Below, in pieces: positions 48,376-57,250 of a stretch of DNA of 64,000 nt. The DNA is from Candidatus Omnitrophota bacterium (GTDB taxonomy: Bacteria; Omnitrophota; Gorgyraeia; Gygaellales; Gygaellaceae), in NCBI GenBank assembly GCA_018400015.1, contig JAGYNB010000001.1, positions 198,815 to 262,814 on the forward strand, read 5' to 3'. A program made the translations under genes and the position numbers. Under the pieces are notes generated by a model. That model did no database searches, was not told the origin of the DNA, and was given only the letters and a program-made list of their open reading frames with translations. Positions within the stretch are counted from its first letter, which is position 1. Each line of letters begins with the position of its first letter.

Positions 48376-50323
48376 TGTTTCAAAGACATATCATGCTGAT
48401 AAGGTTCCCATAAACGCATTAAAAGATGTTAGTATTTCTATTGAAGAAGGGGAATTTGTGGCAATTATGGGGCCGTCAGGTTCGGGTAAGTCAACCTTAC
48501 TGCATGTATTGGGATTCTTAGACAGGCCTGATAGTGGATCGTACAAGATATTCGATACGGAAGTTTCACGCTTGGAAGATAATCAATTAGCTAGTTTAAG
48601 AAACAATCTGGCTGGTTTTGTATTTCAGCAGTTTCATCTTTTAAGGCGAGCGAGCGCATTGGAAAATATAGAACTCCCTCTTATTTACGCAGGTAAACAG
48701 AACATAAAAGAAAAAGCCTTAAAGAATTTAGAGGAAGTCGGGTTGGCTAATCGTGAAAACCATAGGTCTAATGAACTCTCCGGAGGGGAGCAGCAACGCG
48801 TTGCTATAGCAAGAGCTCTGGTTAATGATCCATTGATTATTTTTGCCGATGAGCCCACAGGAAATTTAGACACTAAAAGCGAAGAAGAAATAATGAAGAT
48901 ACTCGCACGGCTCAATGAAGAAGGCAAGACTGTTGTTATGGTAACGCACGAGCGAGAGGTGGCAGAAAAAGCAAAAAGAATCATTACTATGCGCGATGGG
49001 AAGATTCAAAGCGATGTTTATAAAGATAAAACCAATTTTAAAGTTAATTCTGAGACAATTAAGTTTTCAATTACTGAAGTAATTGAACAAAAACACTCTT
49101 CGTTTGGGCGTATGGAATTCTTGCAGCATTTTCATCAGTCCTTTCAGGCAATTTTTCATAATAGGGTAAGGTCATTTCTTTCGATTCTGGGTATTCTTTT
49201 TGGCGTGGGTGCTGTGATTGCCATGATGGCTTTAGGCGAGGGGGCGAAAATCTCAATGCAACAGCGTCTAAAATCATTAGGCTCGAACCTGCTGTCGATT
49301 CATGGCGGAAGTTCCAGGTTTCGCGGCGCTTCAACAGGTTCCGGGTCTGTGGCAAGATTTACCTTTGATGATATTGAATTGATAAAAGGTCTCAATCCTT
49401 ATGTAAAGAATGTGAGCGGCAGTTCTCGCGGCAGTGCACAAGTTGTTTTCGCTAACGAAAATTGGAGTACGACTGTTGAAGGGGTAGGCTATGATTACGG
49501 TAAGATGAGATCAACTATTCCTAATATCGGCAGATGGTTTACGGTAGAAGAAATTACCAAACGCGATAAAGTTGCTATTTTGGGGATTACTGTTGTAAAT
49601 AAGTTATTTGGTAGCCAAAACCCAATTGGTAAGGAAATAAAACTTAACCGGATTAATTTTAGGGTAATTGGAATTGCTCCAGAAAAAGGCTCTGGTGGCT
49701 GGCGCGATCAAGATGATGTTGTTTATATTCCTTTGACGACTGCTATGTATAGGGTTATGGGTCAGAATTATTTAGGCCAGATTTATGTAGAGGTTGCGGA
49801 TGTTGCTTTAATGGATCAGGCTAAAGAAGCGATAAAAAGCTTGATTATGAAACGTCATAGGCTGTACAACGATGAGGATTCGTTTGGAATTCATGACATG
49901 AGCGAAATCCAAGAAATGTTAACCAGCACTACACAAACTATGAGTATTCTTTTGGGTTGTATTGCTGCTATATCTCTTCTGGTAGGCGGGATCGGGATTA
50001 TGAATATAATGCTTGTTTCAGTTACAGAACGCACGCGTGAAATAGGACTTCGTAAGGCCATAGGAGCGACAAAAAAAGATATCATGTCCCAGTTTTTGAT
50101 AGAATCAGTTGCGATGACTTTTAGCGGGGGAATAATCGGGATTTTATTAGGGATAGGGGCAGCTTTTCTTATGGCCAGTGTTTTTGGATGGGCGACAAAG
50201 GTTTCTTTTTTTAGTATTATTCTTTCTACGACTTTTTCTATTGCTGTTGGTATTGGTTTTGGTCTATGGCCGGCAAAGAAAGCCGCTCAGCTTAACCCGA
50301 TAGAAGCATTAAGATTTGAATAA
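48359..50323 (+). CDS. MacB-type ABC transporter (fused ATPase + FtsX-like permease)
   Basis: Walker A GPSGSGKST, the LSGGEQQR signature and Walker B are present. A C-terminal four-TM FtsX permease domain follows. Confidence 0.85.
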   Translation: MIKISNVSKTYHADKVPINALKDVSISIEEGEFVAIMGPSGSGKSTLLHVLGFLDRPDSGSYKIFDTEVSRLEDNQLASLRNNLAGFVFQQFHLLRRASALENIELPLIYAGKQNIKEKALKNLEEVGLANRENHRSNELSGGEQQRVAIARALVNDPLIIFADEPTGNLDTKSEEEIMKILARLNEEGKTVVMVTHEREVAEKAKRIITMRDGKIQSDVYKDKTNFKVNSETIKFSITEVIEQKHSSFGRMEFLQHFHQSFQAIFHNRVRSFLSILGILFGVGAVIAMMALGEGAKISMQQRLKSLGSNLLSIHGGSSRFRGASTGSGSVARFTFDDIELIKGLNPYVKNVSGSSRGSAQVVFANENWSTTVEGVGYDYGKMRSTIPNIGRWFTVEEITKRDKVAILGITVVNKLFGSQNPIGKEIKLNRINFRVIGIAPEKGSGGWRDQDDVVYIPLTTAMYRVMGQNYLGQIYVEVADVALMDQAKEAIKSLIMKRHRLYNDEDSFGIHDMSEIQEMLTSTTQTMSILLGCIAAISLLVGGIGIMNIMLVSVTERTREIGLRKAIGATKKDIMSQFLIESVAMTFSGGIIGILLGIGAAFLMASVFGWATKVSFFSIILSTTFSIAVGIGFGLWPAKKAAQLNPIEALRFE

Positions 50324-50401
50324 GTTGTTTTCTGAAATCTTGAATCGGCCTTTATCTTTAATTATTATTGGAATTTATATTCCTTAGAAAGGACATTGAT
50401 C

Positions 50402-51484
50402 ATGTCAAGGTTTATTAAGAAGGTTTCTAAAACTGCAGGTTTAATCCCTGGCAGTCTTGTTTATGTTGGAGATAAGACTCAGATAAAGTCGAAAATTACT
50501 GTTATTGATTACGATCAGGATAACTTTACTGAAAAAACAATAGAGAATATCGAAGATTTATTTCCTTTTAAGGATTCGCCAACAGTTACCTGGATAAATA
50601 TAGACGGCATAAACGATGCATCGCTGATAGAAAAAATCGGCAATCACTTTAATATACACCATTTGATTTTAGAGGATATTTTAAATACTGCTCAGCGGCC
50701 TAAATTTGAGGAATTCGATAATTTTATTTTCATCGTGTTAAAAATGCTTTACTATAATAAAACAGAAGAAGAGGTGCAGTCCGAACAGGTCAGTTTTATT
50801 ATTGTTTCTAATTGTGTGATATCGTTTCAGGAAAAAGTTGGGGATGTTTTTGATCCTATAAGAGAAAGGATACGTAACGCTAAAGGAAGAATAAGAAAAA
50901 CAAAGGCTGATTATTTGTTGTACGGGCTGCTCGATTGTATTATCGATACCTACTTTTTGATATTGGAGAATTTGGGTGAAAAAATCGAATTAATGGAAGA
51001 AGATTTAGTAACAAAGCCAACGCCAGAGAAACTTAAACAGATACAAAGTTTAAAAAGTGACATGATTTTTTTACGTAAGTCGGTCTGGCCGCTTCGTGAG
51101 ATTATAAGCGGATTAGAAAGAATGGAATCAGGGTTAATTAACGAGTCGACATTTATATATTTAAGAGATCTGTACGACCATACTATACAGGTGATTGACA
51201 GTATAGAATCTTTGAGGGACATGACTTCAGGTATGTTGGATATTTATATTTCAAGTATCAGTAATAAGATGAATGAGGTAATGAAGGTACTTACGATTAT
51301 TGCTACGATATTTATTCCGCTGACTTTTATTGCCGGAATTTACGGTATGAATTTTAATCCAGAGGTATCCCGTTTTAATATGCCGGAACTTAATTGGAGA
51401 TATGGTTATTTCGGAGTTTGGGTGGTTATGATTATAGTAGCTTTGGTTATGGTGATTTACTTTAAGCGTAAAAAATGGATGTAG
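50402..51484 (+). CDS. corA: magnesium/cobalt transporter CorA
   Basis: A GIYGMNF signature and two C-terminal TM helices are present. The start was taken at ATG 50402. Confidence 0.85.
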   Translation: MSRFIKKVSKTAGLIPGSLVYVGDKTQIKSKITVIDYDQDNFTEKTIENIEDLFPFKDSPTVTWINIDGINDASLIEKIGNHFNIHHLILEDILNTAQRPKFEEFDNFIFIVLKMLYYNKTEEEVQSEQVSFIIVSNCVISFQEKVGDVFDPIRERIRNAKGRIRKTKADYLLYGLLDCIIDTYFLILENLGEKIELMEEDLVTKPTPEKLKQIQSLKSDMIFLRKSVWPLREIISGLERMESGLINESTFIYLRDLYDHTIQVIDSIESLRDMTSGMLDIYISSISNKMNEVMKVLTIIATIFIPLTFIAGIYGMNFNPEVSRFNMPELNWRYGYFGVWVVMIIVALVMVIYFKRKKWM

Positions 51485-51494
51485 GAGAAACAGA

Positions 51495-51689
51495 ATGAAA
51501 TTGAAATTAATATTAGTTATAATATTATTGTTATTTTTAGCCATCTTTATCATGCAAAACTATGAGATTGTTAAAATAGAATTTCTTTTTTGGTCTTTTC
51601 AGACCAGCAGAGCACTCATTGTTTTTATAAGTCTTTTTGTAGGTTTAATCATCGGTTGGTTGACTAGTTATCTATTCAGAACGCATTAA
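51495..51689 (+). CDS. LapA/DUF1049-like small inner-membrane protein
   Basis: 64-aa ORF with two TM helices. An RBS is present. Confidence 0.4.
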   Translation: MKLKLILVIILLLFLAIFIMQNYEIVKIEFLFWSFQTSRALIVFISLFVGLIIGWLTSYLFRTH

Positions 51690-51704
51690 GTAAGGAGATT
51701 TAAT

Positions 51705-51977
51705 ATGGATTTTAAGGTATTTTTAGCAACGTTTGGCGCAGTTTTACTGGCGGAGCTGGCGGATAAGACTCAGCTTGTAGGAATTGGTATGTCTGCAAGA
51801 TCGGGCAAACCTTTAATAGTTTGGCTGGGTTCAGTGTCTGCTTATATAATTGTTACTGCGGTTTCAGTTTTGATCGGTTCAACTCTTGCTAAGTACATTA
51901 GGCCCGATGTGATAAGGTATTTTGGGGCTTCAGTTTTTGTATTGATGGGCGCACTTATGTTTTTAGGCAAGATATAG
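51705..51977 (+). CDS. UPF0016 (GDT1/TMEM165) family half-size cation transporter
   Basis: An ELADKTQL (E-x-G-D-K-T-like) motif is present, with three TM helices. Confidence 0.6.
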   Translation: MDFKVFLATFGAVLLAELADKTQLVGIGMSARSGKPLIVWLGSVSAYIIVTAVSVLIGSTLAKYIRPDVIRYFGASVFVLMGALMFLGKI

Positions 51978-52023
51978 TTTATTTTAAGCTGTAAAATAAT
52001 ACCCAAACTACCTGTACATTATT

Positions 52024-52995
52024 ATGGTTAAAAAAAAGCCTCTGTTTATCATATTGATTATAGATGTAATTTTTATTGCCTTGTTTGTTAATATTCGTTC
52101 TATTCCCCGTTTAGCTATCTGGAATATAAAGACAATAGAGGATAAGATTTTTTTTAGCTCAAGCAGCAATAAGTCCGATGATTTTAATTTTGAGAAAAAA
52201 ACAAGCGAGATCGGTTTGTTTAATGAGGAAATAATCGAAGTTATATCCGATAAAGAAACAGATTTAGAAAAGATTGAAAAGATATTATTGTTTTTAAAAA
52301 CAAATTATATCGATACATTTAGACCAAAAGATGATCGTCTAGTCTGGGGCAGTCCTTTATACCTAAAAAAGCAAGTTGAAAATGGAGCAAGAGGAATTAA
52401 TTGCTTTCATTTTTCCATACTTTTTAATTCTTACGTAAGCAGCTTAGGTTATAGAAGCAGGATTTGGGCTTTGGAGGGAGATGATTATTTAGAGGGTTTT
52501 GGACATACGGTTGTGGAAATATTCTTGTCGGATTTAGATAGATGGGTGGTTTTTGATCCGAGTTTTTCAATATATTTTTCTGTTAACAATATGCCTATTG
52601 GACTTTTAGATTTGAAATATCATATTGCATATAACAAAGATGATATTGGCATACACGGTTTTCCTCGATATTTCAGTAGACAGCCAATCATAGAATTATA
52701 CCGTAGATTGACACAACTTGTGCTGCTAAGAAGTTCTTCCGATTTTTCATACAAATTAAATGATTCGAGATTAAGATGGGGAGGGTTATTTTTTATATCG
52801 GGGCTGTTAAGCAGGCTTCCTTATGAGGCTCAAAGAGGGTTAGAAATGCTTTTAGGAAGAAAAGAATATTTTTATCAATTAAAAGAAAACGATAATTTAG
52901 CGTTTCAGGTATTAGCGGTAAGAATGTTTATTTTGATTTTATTAATTGCCAATATTTATATTGTTTTGTTTTATCTATCGAAAAAATGGCATTGA
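52024..52995 (+). CDS. membrane-anchored transglutaminase-like cysteine protease-fold protein
   Basis: An N-terminal TM helix is present. The Cys (GINCFHF), His (GHTVVE) and Asp (VVFDP) triad appears in the right order. Confidence 0.5.
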   Translation: MVKKKPLFIILIIDVIFIALFVNIRSIPRLAIWNIKTIEDKIFFSSSSNKSDDFNFEKKTSEIGLFNEEIIEVISDKETDLEKIEKILLFLKTNYIDTFRPKDDRLVWGSPLYLKKQVENGARGINCFHFSILFNSYVSSLGYRSRIWALEGDDYLEGFGHTVVEIFLSDLDRWVVFDPSFSIYFSVNNMPIGLLDLKYHIAYNKDDIGIHGFPRYFSRQPIIELYRRLTQLVLLRSSSDFSYKLNDSRLRWGGLFFISGLLSRLPYEAQRGLEMLLGRKEYFYQLKENDNLAFQVLAVRMFILILLIANIYIVLFYLSKKWH

Positions 52996-54161
52996 AGATA
53001 GCGTTATATTATCCTTATATACATTTAAGAAGCGGTATTGAGAAAACCATTCTTGAAATTCTTAAACGAAGCAGGCATGATTGGACGGTATTTACCAATC
53101 TTTTTGAAAAGAATTCTACCTATTCAGAATTGAATAGTTTTTCTTCCCGGATAGTACAATTAAAAAAGATTTCAGTTAAACGCAGTTACTTCAATACGCT
53201 TTTGACCGCATTTACAATTTTTAAACAAAAGCTTCCCTTGGAATCATTTGATATTTTATGGGTTCACAATGAAGGATTAGGAAGTTTGATTAATTTTAAA
53301 AATAGGGGAAAACCAAGTATATGTTTTTGCCATACGCCATTAAAGATAGTTTATGATAAATCTTTAAGAACAAGCTATCTTGCAAAAAATTCCCATAAAC
53401 TGCTTTTTTATTTGTTGTTTTCTTCTTTATTCAAATTGTTAGACAGAAAAGCGTTCAGTTTGTATGAATGGTGTTTTTGCGTAAGTAATGAAGTTAAAAA
53501 AAGAGTCGTAGAAAACAGACTTTTCTCAGAAAGTAAAATAGGGTTAGTTTATCGGGGCGCCGATTTGGATAAATCTTCTTTAAATGTTAATTATGGTAAT
53601 TATTTCTTTCATCCTACGCGGATTAAGTGGTGGAAGAATATAGAATTATCAATCGAGGCATTCAGAATATTTAAAAGTAAGTGCTCAGGAGCAAATGATT
53701 TTAAATTGGTTATTTCTGGACAGGTATATCCGACATCGCAGTCATATTATAAGAAGCTGCTTAAACTTATTTCTTCAGACAGGGATATTGTTTTTCTTGT
53801 TAATCCCAGCCAGGAGCAGATCAATGATCTGTACTTAAATTGTCTTGCGGTTTTATCTACAACTATGAATGAGGATTTTGGTTTGACGGTATTGGAATCA
53901 TTCTCTTTTGCCAAGGCGGTAATTGCAATAAACAGAGGAGGGCCTAGTGAGATAATTAGCAATGGCAGGACAGGGCTATTGTCCGACAGCAGTGCTAGAA
54001 ATTATGCAGAATGCATGATAAAATTAGCAAATGACAAGAGAAATACAATTTTAATGGGTAAGTCTGCGAGAGAAGTCATTGTTAAATATGGCTGGGGCAG
54101 TTTTATAAAAGAAATGGACAATTTTTTGGACAATTTTATTAAACGCAGAAGGGTTAATTGA
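52986..54161 (+). CDS. glycosyltransferase family 4
   Basis: 391-aa ORF with a GT-B fold and C-terminal GT4 motifs (EDFGLTVLESFSFAKAVIA). Confidence 0.75.
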   Translation: MALKIALYYPYIHLRSGIEKTILEILKRSRHDWTVFTNLFEKNSTYSELNSFSSRIVQLKKISVKRSYFNTLLTAFTIFKQKLPLESFDILWVHNEGLGSLINFKNRGKPSICFCHTPLKIVYDKSLRTSYLAKNSHKLLFYLLFSSLFKLLDRKAFSLYEWCFCVSNEVKKRVVENRLFSESKIGLVYRGADLDKSSLNVNYGNYFFHPTRIKWWKNIELSIEAFRIFKSKCSGANDFKLVISGQVYPTSQSYYKKLLKLISSDRDIVFLVNPSQEQINDLYLNCLAVLSTTMNEDFGLTVLESFSFAKAVIAINRGGPSEIISNGRTGLLSDSSARNYAECMIKLANDKRNTILMGKSAREVIVKYGWGSFIKEMDNFLDNFIKRRRVN

Positions 54162-54847
54162 TGAAGCGGGTACAAAAAATACTTAGTAATTGCGGGTTTT
54201 GCTCCAGAAGGAAAGCAGAAGAACTTATTGAACAGGGAAGAGTCAAGATTGGTGGCAACGTTGTTTCTCTTGGCGATAAAGCTCAGGAAACCGACCCTAT
54301 CTATGTAGACGGTAAGTTGGTGTCCAAGCAAGAAAAGATATATTTGTTGTTTAACAAACCTATAGGTTGCGTTACGGCTGTAAATGACAAGCGTTTTAAG
54401 ACAGTTATGGATTATATAAAAATAAAAACAAGGGTTTTTCCCGTAGGCAGGCTCGATTATGCAACTTCAGGGTTATTGCTTTTGACTAATGACGGTGATT
54501 TTGCAAATCGTATTATGCATCCTAGGTATGAGATGAATAAAACTTATCTTGTAGAGTTGGATAAGCCCGTAGATAATGAGAAAATAAGATTAATAGAGCA
54601 GGGCATTGAGTTGGAAGATGGCAAAACCTCTCCTTCTAAGATAAAGCTTATTCAAAATAATAGTCTTAAGATAACCATACATGAAGGCAAGAACAGGATT
54701 GTCAGAAGAATCTTTAAGAAAATGGGTTTTCGCGTAAAAAGACTTCATAGGCTTGCTATAGGAAGACTTACGCTCGGGGATTTAAAAAAAGCAAAATACA
54801 GGGTTTTAACTGATGCGGATAAGAATAAGATTTTTCTAAAAACATAG
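54158..54847 (+). CDS. pseudouridine synthase, RsuA/RluB family (S4 + catalytic domain)
   Basis: The S4-domain N-terminus and the catalytic Asp motif GRLDYATSGLLLLTNDG are present. Confidence 0.85.
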   Translation: MMKRVQKILSNCGFCSRRKAEELIEQGRVKIGGNVVSLGDKAQETDPIYVDGKLVSKQEKIYLLFNKPIGCVTAVNDKRFKTVMDYIKIKTRVFPVGRLDYATSGLLLLTNDGDFANRIMHPRYEMNKTYLVELDKPVDNEKIRLIEQGIELEDGKTSPSKIKLIQNNSLKITIHEGKNRIVRRIFKKMGFRVKRLHRLAIGRLTLGDLKKAKYRVLTDADKNKIFLKT

Positions 54848-54879
54848 TTTATTTAGGGTTATTTAAAGATATAGACGGT

Positions 54880-55992
54880 ATGTTAAAAGAACATGAGTGC
54901 ATTTTAAGATGCTGTAAGTTTTCTCCATCAGGAGAAGATATAGAAAGGATAAAAGAAATTCCTTTTTTTTCTTTTAACTGGTCTAGCGTTATTTGGGAAC
55001 TTGGTCGTCAGCAGGTTTTGCCATTAGTTTATTTTAATCTCAATAGAATAATTCAGGATAAGAAATTGGATTTTACTTTGCCCGCTGTACTTAAAAACAA
55101 ATATTATTCCACAGCAGCGGTCAATATGAAATTATGGCAGGAATACCGTAGTATTAATGAGTTATGTATTCAGAGAAAAATCAGGATTGTTGGCTTAAGA
55201 GGTATTATTTTTTCTTATACGCTTTATCCTGTTAATGCGTTACGAAATTTAAGAGATATAGATATATTAGTTCAGGAGAAAGATATCTTTTCAATAAGAG
55301 ATATTCTCATTTTAAACGGATATCGGCATGTTCCTTCGCCAGGTTTTTTTGCTTACGATATCAAAAATGAATGCGGAACTAATTTTGTTAAAAATTGCGG
55401 AGCAATAAATATTATCCTTAATGTTCATTGGTCCTTGGCTTCAAGACGTCCGTATAGTCTGTTTTTGCCCGAATTGTGGGGTAGGGTTAAAGAAATAAAA
55501 ATTGATAATGTTGTTGTATCGGTTTTATCAGCAGAAGATAATGTTTTGTCGTTAGCTCTGCATTTAAGAAGACATTGCCGTTCCTTGTGCTTAAAATATA
55601 TATTCGACATAAAAGAGGTTATCGAAAAAGAAAAGGATATTGATTGGGATTATATATACAAGTATTCAAGAATAAATCATATCAGAAATACCGTTTATTT
55701 CTCGCTTTATATGTGTAGAACGCTTTTTAATACAATGAATATAGAGAATCAAGTTATAAGATTTAACCCCGGAGCGCTTAGAAAGAAATTAATAAGGTTA
55801 ATTATTAATAAAGAGAATTACTTTTACCATAACTCTTTTAAAGGAATCATGTTAAGATTATTGCTTTTTGATAGAGTGATAGATATTGTTGTTTATTTAT
55901 TTCGTGTTAGCTTTATTGAGAGATTGGTATATAATAAATTGTTTACAGCTGGATTTTTGAGAAAACTGTTTTCAAAGCGGACAAAGTCATGA
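54880..55992 (+). CDS. putative nucleotidyltransferase of the PF14907-like family seen in kinase-associated lasso/RiPP clusters
   Basis: 370-aa ORF. Conserved acidic residues in an LRDIDILV region are consistent with a minimal nucleotidyltransferase fold. The assignment rests on recollection of the family. Confidence 0.45.
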   Translation: MLKEHECILRCCKFSPSGEDIERIKEIPFFSFNWSSVIWELGRQQVLPLVYFNLNRIIQDKKLDFTLPAVLKNKYYSTAAVNMKLWQEYRSINELCIQRKIRIVGLRGIIFSYTLYPVNALRNLRDIDILVQEKDIFSIRDILILNGYRHVPSPGFFAYDIKNECGTNFVKNCGAINIILNVHWSLASRRPYSLFLPELWGRVKEIKIDNVVVSVLSAEDNVLSLALHLRRHCRSLCLKYIFDIKEVIEKEKDIDWDYIYKYSRINHIRNTVYFSLYMCRTLFNTMNIENQVIRFNPGALRKKLIRLIINKENYFYHNSFKGIMLRLLLFDRVIDIVVYLFRVSFIERLVYNKLFTAGFLRKLFSKRTKS

Positions 55993-55994
55993 TA

Positions 55995-56023
55995 TTGACA
56001 TATAAATATGGATATGATACTAT
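55995..56023 (+). promoter_or_regulatory. sigma-70-like promoter for the RiPP-like operon
   Basis: TTGACA (55995-56000), a 17-nt spacer and TACTAT (56018-56023) lie ~40 nt upstream of the 56061 start. Confidence 0.35.
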
Positions 56024-56060
56024 ATCTACAAGTTAATATTTTCACATAAGTTTAAAGAAT

Positions 56061-56990
56061 ATGAAGTGTTATAGAAAAAAATGTAAGAAAGTTTTATTTT
56101 CGGTATTGTTTTATTTAATGGTAAGCGTTGCTTATGTTAATTATGGTTTTACCCAGGGGGAAGTGGTGGAGGAGTTAGAATTTAAGCCGCAAATAGGTAG
56201 CGTGTGGGATTATAAGGCGAGTTTTGAGATTACTTCCAAGCGTCAATTTAAAGATCTATCACAGGATGTAATAGATAGTTTTGGTCCTGCTAGGGACTTT
56301 CAAATGTTTGCCGATATTCTTTTTTCTGCTGAGGTTGAAAACGAGAGAGATCCCACAAGATTAACTTTGACTTATAAAGATATTGATATGAGGTTAGTTG
56401 TCAATGGGCAAGAGTTGTCGCCTCCAGATTCTATTACAAATAAAGGTTTAGAGGGGAAAGCTATTGAGCTTTCTATATTTACTCGAGATAATAGCGTTAT
56501 TGAGGATTTTAGCGGAATAAATGATGAATTGCTTCCGTATGCTAAAAATATGTTGAATATTGCTAAGTTTTTCTATGATTTTCCTTCTCAAACAGTAAAA
56601 ATGGGAGATAAATGGAATAGCGATAATAAATTTAAATTAGCGCCTATCGGGTCACTAGAAATCATACAAATAAGTAAAAATGAATATTCTTTTAAGGCAG
56701 TCAAGAATATTAACGGGCAAGATTGTGCCTATGTAAGAAAAGATTCATCGATAACACAGGAATCAGCGGCTGTTGAGAATAATACTATAGTGAGTGGTCG
56801 CGGTGATGGATATCTGACGACGGATATATATTTTGATTTAGATGACGGTAAATTGGTAAGGTCTGAGATAGAATCTTCCGTAGATTCGTCTTTTGATATT
56901 GCAGGCGATGTTTTAGGACAGGGTAAATTATTGGTTAATACTGTTCAGAAGTCGAGGATCGAAATGTTAGCGGGGAGAAATAATGAGTAA
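56061..56990 (+). CDS. secreted hypothetical protein; its stop overlaps the start of the precursor-like peptide gene
   Basis: 309-aa ORF with a signal-peptide-like N-terminus. It overlaps the next gene by 8 nt (aATGAGTAA). Confidence 0.4.
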   Translation: MKCYRKKCKKVLFSVLFYLMVSVAYVNYGFTQGEVVEELEFKPQIGSVWDYKASFEITSKRQFKDLSQDVIDSFGPARDFQMFADILFSAEVENERDPTRLTLTYKDIDMRLVVNGQELSPPDSITNKGLEGKAIELSIFTRDNSVIEDFSGINDELLPYAKNMLNIAKFFYDFPSQTVKMGDKWNSDNKFKLAPIGSLEIIQISKNEYSFKAVKNINGQDCAYVRKDSSITQESAAVENNTIVSGRGDGYLTTDIYFDLDDGKLVRSEIESSVDSSFDIAGDVLGQGKLLVNTVQKSRIEMLAGRNNE

Positions 56991-57168
56991 AAACCGGGCT
57001 AAAGCCAAAATAATTAAGGAAAAAAAAGTTTTTGTTGAACCGTGCATGGAAAAGCAGAATTATATATCTGATTTTGGCGCTACAAGTACTGGAAGTATAT
57101 TAGTAGTTACTTCTGTTGTAAGCGGCGTAGTAGGCGGTGTTTTATTCGGTGCTTGGGTTTCTTCGTAG
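56983..57168 (+). CDS. candidate RiPP precursor peptide (61 aa; charged leader, Gly/Ser/Thr/Val-rich core, C-terminal Ser-Ser)
   Basis: MSKNRAKAKIIKEKKVFVEPCMEKQNYISDFGA | TSTGSILVVTSVVSGVVGGVLFGAWVSS. It lies immediately upstream of the HprK-like kinase and RRE genes. The core contains no Asp/Glu. Confidence 0.5.
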   Translation: MSKNRAKAKIIKEKKVFVEPCMEKQNYISDFGATSTGSILVVTSVVSGVVGGVLFGAWVSS

Positions 57169-57250
57169 ATATTGCTTATTTTTTACAATCTCAGCGGTTA
57201 AATTTCTCCTGAAAAAAAGCATTTGTTTTTAAATATTTCAACAATGATAA

